From positions 1-58,554 of the forward strand of contig CBFDEG010000001.1 of the NCBI GenBank assembly GCA_965603765.1: 58,554 nucleotides of DNA, written 5' to 3'. Shown piece by piece: positions 51,792 through 58,554 of this stretch. Source of the DNA: an uncultured bacterium. GTDB taxonomy: Bacteria; Nitrospirota; Thermodesulfovibrionia; UBA6902. The position numbers and the translations under genes were made by a program. Each line of letters begins with the position of its first letter. Position 1 is the stretch's first letter. The notes beneath the pieces were generated by a model, which was not told where the DNA came from, made no database searches, and saw only the letters and a list, made by a program, of their open reading frames with translations.

Positions 51792-52808
51792 TCATTGCCG
51801 GTTTTTTGCGAAGAAAAGCTTCAGCATGTACCAGACCAGTATTGCCGCGATCGCAAAGCAGATAATAAATATCATAAAAAATGTCCACTGAGGTTTGACA
51901 GGGATCGTTGAAGGATCGAAATAGTCCTTTAGAAAGACGGTCCTTGCATGAAATCGTATTATTAGCATGCCTGTGAATGAGACCAGGAAGATCACTCCTG
52001 CCTTTATGAAATCTTTTCTGACAAAATAAAACAGAGCTGCTATGGAAAGAATAATGGCAGCAAGCAGCACCGGAGCTGCATAAGAGTTCATGACGGGCTT
52101 AAGAAGGCTGCCTAATGAAAAGAGGTAGGCGGTGCCTGTTATCATGGCTGCAACAATACCGGACATGAAATATTTTATGCTTTTTTCAAATACAGCCTTA
52201 TTGTCTTTCCCTAGCCAGCCTGTGAAAAAACCGCCTACAGCAAGTGCTGCTGTAAGAAAGTGGAGCCACCTGAAGATATAAGAGCCAATGGCAGGGTTGA
52301 TAATGGACCCTGACTGCTGTTTTATATAAAGAGCCTTGTACAGGGCAGGCTGTTCCGCCATTGAAAAGACCGAACTGTATGTAAACGAAACATATACAAA
52401 ACAGCATAGTGCAACTGTAAGATATATTCTGGTGCGGCCGCTGTCTTCCTCGGCAAAGGCTGCGGCGTAGAGACTGTAGTAACAGATAATAACAACCGCT
52501 ACTATCATCAGCCAGAACCATGCGCTCACAATAGAGGCTGAATATACATACTGTCCATATACCAGCTGTAAAAACAGCAGGGGGGCTACACCGAATGAAA
52601 CAGTGGCTGCCATTACTGTCGGGAAAAGTTTAATTAATTTCCGGTAGACATCATCGTCACTTTTGCAGATGAATTTTTCGTACAGGACTATAACTGTTCC
52701 GCCCACCATGAAGTTCATTGCCAGCAGGTGCAGGGCAAAGGTCGTTATATGGAGCGCTGTTATGATCCATAACGGGGCTGATAAGAAATTATGGTCAGGC
52801 AGGTTCAT
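51792..52808 (-). CDS. Polytopic membrane protein, candidate partner subunit of the bd-like protein
   Basis: 338 aa, about 9-10 hydrophobic segments. ATGA overlap (52805-52808) with the upstream gene. No family recognised. Confidence 0.6.
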   Translation of the reverse strand: MNLPDHNFLSAPLWIITALHITTFALHLLAMNFMVGGTVIVLYEKFICKSDDDVYRKLIKLFPTVMAATVSFGVAPLLFLQLVYGQYVYSASIVSAWFWLMIVAVVIICYYSLYAAAFAEEDSGRTRIYLTVALCCFVYVSFTYSSVFSMAEQPALYKALYIKQQSGSIINPAIGSYIFRWLHFLTAALAVGGFFTGWLGKDNKAVFEKSIKYFMSGIVAAMITGTAYLFSLGSLLKPVMNSYAAPVLLAAIILSIAALFYFVRKDFIKAGVIFLVSFTGMLIIRFHARTVFLKDYFDPSTIPVKPQWTFFMIFIICFAIAAILVWYMLKLFFAKNRQ

Positions 52809-54316
52809 TGCATGCCCCCGTTATTAATTGAGTTCAGGTATTTGAACATTGCCTCTTTTTCTATTTCATCTCCGGTAAAAGAAGGCATTTCATCCGCAAG
52901 TTCCCCCGCATACTCAAGAAGTTCATTATAATCTTCCCTGGCTATACCGACCATGGTGGCTGAGTTGTCATTGTATCCGCCGAACACATGGCATTTACCG
53001 CAGCGTATATCATATATCTTTTTCCCCAGTTCAATTCCTTTAATATCATATATTTCGCTGATATGGCGCGGATCGGTTTTGGAATGGATGTATTCAGTCA
53101 GCTTTTGGACCTCTTCTTCATTGCCGTAAAACCGGGGCATATTGCCTTTGATAACGTGGGCACCTTTAATGATGCCTGCTATAAATTCCTTGTCAGTACC
53201 GTCAAACGCGGGCTTCAGAGGTTTGTACCCGTCTATTGTATGGCATGCCCGGCATGCCCGCCGGAAAAGATCAGCACCGTCATCGCCTGTGCGGAAGGCA
53301 ATATGGCGCAGATATCCATCTTTTTTATAAAGGTCTCTTTTACTCAATTCAATGCTGTTGCCGTACATATAGCCCGAGATAACATATGGTTTCCTGATTG
53401 ATTCGCGGAACCATTCGAATGCTCCGAACCATCCCATGCTTAAAGCGAGTGTTAATAAAGCTATGGCAAATCTCTGGCGGGAAGGGAATAATACTCCGAA
53501 AAGCAGCAGGGTCACTGCTATGCCTCCTGCATACCAAAGTGACTGTTCAATTGACGAAACAGGGGTGGCCATCATTTCGAGAGCCTTGTCTGTAACGGAT
53601 GAAGGTATCGCCTGCCAGTACCAGTAAAATGATAACAGCGCTGTTGCAAGACCTGTCAGTCCCCATGCCGCATTGAACCGTATTGCCCCGGTCCTGAAAT
53701 CAGATGGACTTCTGCGTGACACAATTACCATTGAATATATCCCGGCCAGCATGATGCAGACCCCTGTTCTTAATGCAAGGGATGGCCAGAATGTGGGGTT
53801 AAAGAACCCGTCCCATATATTGCCGGTGGTCAGCCATTCCCCGGTGGTCAGCATAAAGGTTATGATGCCGTTTATTACAAACAGCGACATCCATGCAGCG
53901 ATAAAGTATATCCAGCCGATGATCATGTGGTTTTTGGGAGACATTTTCTTCCATCCGTAGAAATATAAAATGGAAGATGTTATTTCAATTATGAAAAATG
54001 TCCACTCAGTAGCCCATGCCCAGAGAAAATTATGGATCAATACCTCGGTTGCAGCAGGGTTAAGAAGTCCGATTATAAACCAGATGCCCACCCCGGTGAG
54101 TGCACCGAAAACAACGGTAAGCAGGACAAAGAATTTGCTTAGATGCTGCAGATAATCCAGCCACTGTGAGTCATTTTTTTTGCGGGCGTACGTCTCAGCT
54201 GTAATGAGATACAGTCCGCCTCCAATGGCAAAGTGGGAAACAAAGACATGAACAATGGCGATCCCTGCCATTATGATGCCGTACCCGATATTGATGTCCC
54301 AGAAAGGATAGTTCAT
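52805..54316 (-). CDS. Cytochrome bd subunit-I-like membrane domain fused to two c-type heme (CxxCH) modules
   Basis: The N-terminal IVHVFVSHFAIGGGLYL and ATEWTFFIIEITSSILYFYGW parallel the CydA helices bearing the heme ligands. C-terminal CRACH and CGKCH. Confidence 0.8.
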   Translation of the reverse strand: MNYPFWDINIGYGIIMAGIAIVHVFVSHFAIGGGLYLITAETYARKKNDSQWLDYLQHLSKFFVLLTVVFGALTGVGIWFIIGLLNPAATEVLIHNFLWAWATEWTFFIIEITSSILYFYGWKKMSPKNHMIIGWIYFIAAWMSLFVINGIITFMLTTGEWLTTGNIWDGFFNPTFWPSLALRTGVCIMLAGIYSMVIVSRRSPSDFRTGAIRFNAAWGLTGLATALLSFYWYWQAIPSSVTDKALEMMATPVSSIEQSLWYAGGIAVTLLLFGVLFPSRQRFAIALLTLALSMGWFGAFEWFRESIRKPYVISGYMYGNSIELSKRDLYKKDGYLRHIAFRTGDDGADLFRRACRACHTIDGYKPLKPAFDGTDKEFIAGIIKGAHVIKGNMPRFYGNEEEVQKLTEYIHSKTDPRHISEIYDIKGIELGKKIYDIRCGKCHVFGGYNDNSATMVGIAREDYNELLEYAGELADEMPSFTGDEIEKEAMFKYLNSINNGGMQ

Positions 54317-54406
54317 TTGTAAGTTATTATTATCTTTGTAATAGCATGTTTTTACAACTAAAATCCTATCATGATTTGCATTATTGTCAAATTATGGATG
54401 GGTAAA

Positions 54407-54433
54407 GTAGGGGCAGATCTTGTGTCTGCCCTG
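54407..54433. repeat. GTAGGGG-capped REP-like hairpin
   Basis: GTAG-GGGCAGA-TCTTGTG-TCTGCCC-TG, in the gap between argF and the bd-like gene. Confidence 0.6.
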
Positions 54434-54489
54434 CCAGGCAAGGAATGTAATCAAAACTGAAAGGTATGCAAAAGGGCTGAAGGGCATAG

Positions 54490-54519
54490 AAAAGGGCGCA
54501 CACTCAGGTGCGTCCCTAC
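54490..54519 (-). terminator. Probable terminator of argF (REP-like hairpin containing the stop codon)
   Basis: On the minus strand GTAGGGACGCAC-CTGAGT-GTGCGCCC is followed by TTTTCT. One mismatch in an 8-bp stem. The argF TAG stop lies within the GTAGGG cap. Confidence 0.5.
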
Positions 54520-55418
54520 TTTATCAGCATCTCAAGAAGCGCCTTCTGTGCGTGCAGACGGTTTTCAGCCTGGTCTATTACAACGCTCTGCGGTGAACTC
54601 AGCACTTCGTCCGTTATCTCTTCCCCCCTGTGCGCGGGCAGGCAGTGCATAACGATTGCGTCAGGTTTCGCAAGGGAGAGCAGTTCCCTGTTGACCTGAT
54701 AATTTTTAAATATCTTTCTCCGGCGCTCTACTTCCCTTTCCTGCCCCATGCTGATCCATACGTCAGTGTAGAACACGTCTGCATCTTTGGCAGCCTCGTT
54801 GGGGTCTGTTACTATGTTCACTGCAGCGCCTTCGGCTTTTGCTTTTTCAAATATTTTTCTGTCAGGGTCATATCCGCGTGGACATGCCAGGGTCAGTTCC
54901 ATTCCGGTCATCATGGCCGCTTCGATCAATGAATTGGCAACATTGTTGCCGTCGCCGATATAGGCCATGCGTATTCCTTTTAACTTCCCCTTTTTCTCTT
55001 TTACGGTAAGTATGTCCGCCAGCGCCTGACAGGGATGGTGCAGGTCCGTAAGGCCGTTGATCACAGGGATCGAGGCATTCTCCGCAAGGGTTTCGATCGT
55101 GCTGTGCGCATATGTCCTGAGCACGATACCATGAAGATATCTTGCCATTACCTTTGCTGTGTCTTCGATGGATTCGCCTCTTCCTAACTGGAGTTCGCTG
55201 CTATTAATGTATATGGGCTGGGCGCCGAGCTGGTATGTGCCTGTCTGAAAGGATATCCTTGTCCGTGTTGATGTCTTGTCGAACAGCAGCCCGATGCTTT
55301 TTCCTATGAGCGGGTATGCTGAACTGTCTTTGCCTGCTTTAAGCTCAGCAGCTCTTTCTATTAGAGTGGAAAGCTCTTTTGGTGTTAAATCACGTAATGT
55401 TAAAAAATCTTTTTTCAT
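54516..55418 (-). CDS. argF: Ornithine carbamoyltransferase
   Basis: STRTR, HPCQ, HCLP motifs. 300 aa. Confidence 0.95.
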   Translation of the reverse strand: MKKDFLTLRDLTPKELSTLIERAAELKAGKDSSAYPLIGKSIGLLFDKTSTRTRISFQTGTYQLGAQPIYINSSELQLGRGESIEDTAKVMARYLHGIVLRTYAHSTIETLAENASIPVINGLTDLHHPCQALADILTVKEKKGKLKGIRMAYIGDGNNVANSLIEAAMMTGMELTLACPRGYDPDRKIFEKAKAEGAAVNIVTDPNEAAKDADVFYTDVWISMGQEREVERRRKIFKNYQVNRELLSLAKPDAIVMHCLPAHRGEEITDEVLSSPQSVVIDQAENRLHAQKALLEMLIK

Positions 55419-55464
55419 TAGTATTCTCCTGCCGCGGAATGTTTAATAAAATTTACAGGACCTT

Positions 55465-56661
55465 TTATGACTGTCCCTCAAAGATATCTTCAAGTACTTC
55501 TATTAAATGGTCGATCTCTTTTTCAACTACTATGAGCGGAGGTACGAAACGCAGTACATTGCCGCTTGTGCAATTTATGAGAAGACCTTTTTTCAGGCAT
55601 AGATCGACTATGTTACCCCCCGGTTTTGTAAGTTCGAGTCCGAGCATAAGGCCGAGTCCTCTTACCTCCGCTATTTCTGACGGGAAAGCCTGTTTCAGTT
55701 TTTCAAGGCTGTTTTTGAAATAATCACCTATACGGCGGCAGTTATCTATCAGAAAGCCGTCTTCAAGCAGTATCTCCATTGCAGTGACAGCTGCAGCGCA
55801 TGCAAGCGGGTTTCCCCCGAAGGTTGAGCCGTGTGAACCGGGCTGGAATGATGCTGCAATATTCTCCTTTGCGAGCACAGCTCCAATTGCCACTCCTGCA
55901 CCGAGCCCTTTTGCGACTGTCATAATATCAGGCTTAACATTGAAATGTTCATAGGCGAAAAGAGCTCCTGTCCTTCCCATGCCGGTCTGTATCTCATCAA
56001 ATATAAGCAGCAGGTTGTTTTCGTCACACAGCCCGCGCACCTGCGCCAGATAATCTTCAGAAGGTATCCTGACCCCGCCTTCTCCCTGTATGGGTTCGAG
56101 CATGACAGCGCATGTCTCTTTTGAGACAGCTTTTTTAAGTGCTTCTATATCATTGAACGGTACATGTTTAAATCCAGGGACAAGCGGTTTAAATCCCTGC
56201 TGAAGCGCTTCCTGTCCTGTAGCGGACAGTGCACCGAGTGTCCTGCCGTGAAATGACCCGTTCGCTGTTATTATTTCAAATCTTTCAGGAGAGATATTCT
56301 CTTTTGCATGTTTTCGTGCGAGTTTTATCGCGCCTTCGACCGCTTCTGTCCCTGAGTTGCAGAAAAATACCTTGTCAGCAAAAGAATTGTTCACGAGTAT
56401 CTTTGCAAGCTTTATCTGGGGTTCAATATGGTACAGGTTTGAAACATGCAGAAGCCTTTGCGCCTGTTTCTGGAGCGCTATTACAAGTTTTGGGTGGCAG
56501 TGGCCGAGACAGTTCACTGCAATGCCTGCGAGAAAGTCGAGATATTCGTTGTCTTCAGTGTCCCAGACCTTCATGCCCCTGCCTTTCCTGAGTACAATAG
56601 GAAAGCGCTTATAGGTATTCATTATATACTTCTGTGATTCCTCAATGAGTTTTTTGTCCAT
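55465..56661 (-). CDS. argD: Acetylornithine aminotransferase (class III PLP)
   Basis: GIAVNCLGHCHP, NSGTEAVE, DEIQTGMGRTG, and the PLP Lys in TVAKGLG. Confidence 0.93.
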   Translation of the reverse strand: MDKKLIEESQKYIMNTYKRFPIVLRKGRGMKVWDTEDNEYLDFLAGIAVNCLGHCHPKLVIALQKQAQRLLHVSNLYHIEPQIKLAKILVNNSFADKVFFCNSGTEAVEGAIKLARKHAKENISPERFEIITANGSFHGRTLGALSATGQEALQQGFKPLVPGFKHVPFNDIEALKKAVSKETCAVMLEPIQGEGGVRIPSEDYLAQVRGLCDENNLLLIFDEIQTGMGRTGALFAYEHFNVKPDIMTVAKGLGAGVAIGAVLAKENIAASFQPGSHGSTFGGNPLACAAAVTAMEILLEDGFLIDNCRRIGDYFKNSLEKLKQAFPSEIAEVRGLGLMLGLELTKPGGNIVDLCLKKGLLINCTSGNVLRFVPPLIVVEKEIDHLIEVLEDIFEGQS

Positions 56662-56965
56662 AGTTTAGAAATATAACATAAATGAGGTGGGATTAAAAAG
56701 ATGTGGGATGCGGACCGGAGACCTTTGACCGTGAAGCGTAAAACGACTGCGTATGGTCAACGGTCAATATATTTGTCATAAAATCGATCATTATTATATA
56801 ATCAGCCATGTCTGGAAAAGTCCGAAAACGCTCTAACTGTAACAGACACCTGTAAGATAAGAGACAGATGTAATTTTTGATACATAATCTCAAGTTAATC
56901 AGGCAGGTAACCGTCATATATATAAAGGTCAATGACATCTATAAAACAGGGGAGATAAAGAGATC

Positions 56966-58554
56966 ATGAACAAAGAATATTCAGCAAGTCCTGACGGAAA
57001 GAAATTTTCATTGCCGCTTAAGAGTGAATATGCAAAGGAATTCAAACGAATAAAGACCGAGGTTTCGAAGCAGAAGAAAAAGGGGCGTGAGATAGTTGTG
57101 GTCATGGGTGTCGGGTTTGTAGGTGTTGCCATGGCCGCGGTCATTGCGGACACTCTGGATGAAAAGGGCAGTTTCAGTAAGTTTGTTATAGGCATGCAGA
57201 GGCCGAGTCCGAGGAGTTACTGGAAGATACCTGTGATCAATAAAGGTATCTCTCCTGTTGTGTCTGAGGACAAGGAGCTTGCGCCTATGATAAAGAGGTG
57301 CGTTCTTGACAAGAAGACCCTGACCGCGACCTATGTATATGATGTCCTTTCACTTGCTGATGTTGTTGTTGTTGATATACAGTGTGATTATCTGAAGGAA
57401 TCCCTCGGTGACGTACATGACGGGCATGCTGATATGACCCCGCTTGAACATTCACTTGAGATCATGGCCGAATATATTTCTCCGGAGGCGCTTGTCCTGA
57501 TAGAGACCACCGTGGCCCCGGGAACAACCGAGCAGATCGCCTATCCCATCATGAAGAAGATATTCAAGCGCCGCGGGATAAAGAGCGACCCTCTGCTTGC
57601 CCACAGTTATGAAAGGGTCATGCCCGGCAAGAACTATGTCGCGAGTATCCGTGATTTCTGGCGTGTATGCAGCGGTATAAATAAGAAATCGCGTGACAAG
57701 GTGGTCAAGTTCCTCAATGATGTTCTCAATACAAAAGATTACCCCCTGACAGTCCTTGACAAGCCCATTGAATCAGAGACAGCCAAGATAGTTGAGAACA
57801 GTTACCGCGCTGCAATGCTCGCATTTATTGATGAATGGAGCCTTTTTGCGGAGCGCAACGGGGTAGACCTTCTCAAGGTCATTAATGCGATAAAGGTGCG
57901 TCCCACTCACAGTAATATAATGTTTCCCGGACCGGGCATCGGCGGTTACTGCCTGCCGAAAGACGGCGGCCTCGGTATCTGGGCATACAAACATATCCAC
58001 GGGTTTGAGGATGATATCTTCAAGATAACGCCTCTTGCGATCAATATCAATGACACCCGTTCACTCCATGTGGGCCAGCTTGTAAGGGACGCGCTCAGGA
58101 ACATGGGCAGGCCGATAGCTGCCGCGGAGATACTGCTTCTTGGAGCTTCATACAGGGAGGATGTCGGTGATACACGGTACAGCGGTTCGGAGATCATAGT
58201 CAGAAAGCTTACCGAGATGGGCGCTGAGATGAGGGTACATGACCCGTACCTTACCCACTGGTGGGAATTTGAAAAACAGGACACGTATCCTGCTCCCGGT
58301 CACAGCTGGGAAAGATTTTTCAGGAACCAGGAAAAGCTTACGGACCTCCGGATGCAGGAAGACCTGAAAAAGGGACTGAAGAGCGCTGACGCAGTTATTT
58401 TTGCTGTGCGTCATGAGCAGTATATGGACCTTGACCCGGACAAGGTAATAAAAATGGTCGGCAACACCTGTGCTGTCATAGACTGTTTCGGCATACTTGA
58501 TGATGACAAGATCCGCAGGTACATTGAACTCGGCTGTGAGGTCAAAGGTCTTGG
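56966..58554 (+). CDS. Nucleotide-sugar dehydrogenase (UDP-Glc/GDP-Man dehydrogenase family), 3'-truncated by the window edge
   Basis: My own translation; the ORF is absent from the track because no stop is reached. ATG 56966 follows AGGGGAG. Rossmann VVVMGVGFVGVAMA, catalytic GGYCLPKD, ASYREDVGDTR. Confidence 0.85.
   Translation, partial: MNKEYSASPDGKKFSLPLKSEYAKEFKRIKTEVSKQKKKGREIVVVMGVGFVGVAMAAVIADTLDEKGSFSKFVIGMQRPSPRSYWKIPVINKGISPVVSEDKELAPMIKRCVLDKKTLTATYVYDVLSLADVVVVDIQCDYLKESLGDVHDGHADMTPLEHSLEIMAEYISPEALVLIETTVAPGTTEQIAYPIMKKIFKRRGIKSDPLLAHSYERVMPGKNYVASIRDFWRVCSGINKKSRDKVVKFLNDVLNTKDYPLTVLDKPIESETAKIVENSYRAAMLAFIDEWSLFAERNGVDLLKVINAIKVRPTHSNIMFPGPGIGGYCLPKDGGLGIWAYKHIHGFEDDIFKITPLAININDTRSLHVGQLVRDALRNMGRPIAAAEILLLGASYREDVGDTRYSGSEIIVRKLTEMGAEMRVHDPYLTHWWEFEKQDTYPAPGHSWERFFRNQEKLTDLRMQEDLKKGLKSADAVIFAVRHEQYMDLDPDKVIKMVGNTCAVIDCFGILDDDKIRRYIELGCEVKGL

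Noticed and set aside
1-58554. CRISPR arrays, rRNA/tRNA genes, transposases, integrases and prophage genes
   Set aside because: Visual scanning of every intergenic gap longer than 80 nt showed no regularly spaced direct repeats, no cloverleaf-like GC-rich 70-90-nt segments and no recombinase motifs. A tRNAscan/Infernal run would be the decisive check.

Overview
This is a bacterial chromosomal window using the standard genetic code: TGA is a normal stop at several well-supported gene ends. It is densely packed with housekeeping genes. I found no rRNA, tRNA, CRISPR array, transposase or integrase.

Core blocks:
- infB-DUF503-rbfA-nrnA-truB-yggU (minus strand)
- tig-clpP-clpX (minus strand)
- glmU-glmS, pcrA-gatC and panD
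- rpsU-yqeY-NIF3-dnaG
- comF, NfnAB-like genes, ccsA/ccsB, gpmI and argD-argF
- a 3'-truncated nucleotide-sugar dehydrogenase at the right edge

The gene content suggests an anaerobe or microaerophile, possibly Nitrospirota- or Deltaproteobacteria-like. The supporting genes are the NfnAB-like pair, a HydBC-like flavoprotein, system II cytochrome c maturation and a bd-like oxidase fused to c-type heme domains. This taxonomy is inference only.

Non-routine content:
1. A seven-gene minus-strand operon at 35.2-43.1 kb. A HydABC/Bfu-style NuoE/NuoF/NuoG-like flavin-FeS module has no recognisable catalytic site. It is joined to two receiver-domain fusions (REC-NuoE and REC-GcvH-like), a kinase-less HATPase protein and a PHP phosphoesterase.
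2. A small toxin-antitoxin islet at 31.9-33.9 kb with three type II pairs. The mazE-like antitoxin frame carries an in-frame TGA. A ~94-nt repeat sits upstream of two unrelated TA operons.
3. Families of GC-rich palindromes capped by GTAGGGG/CCCCTAC at many gene ends.
4. A ~120-nt nested hairpin in a 315-nt gap, next to a Cys-Gly-rich zinc-ribbon gene.
5. Several small Cys-rich or motif-bearing proteins, a two-CW-like protein and an MshEN-like mini-protein.

All functional calls come from reading motifs by eye. No database search was run.
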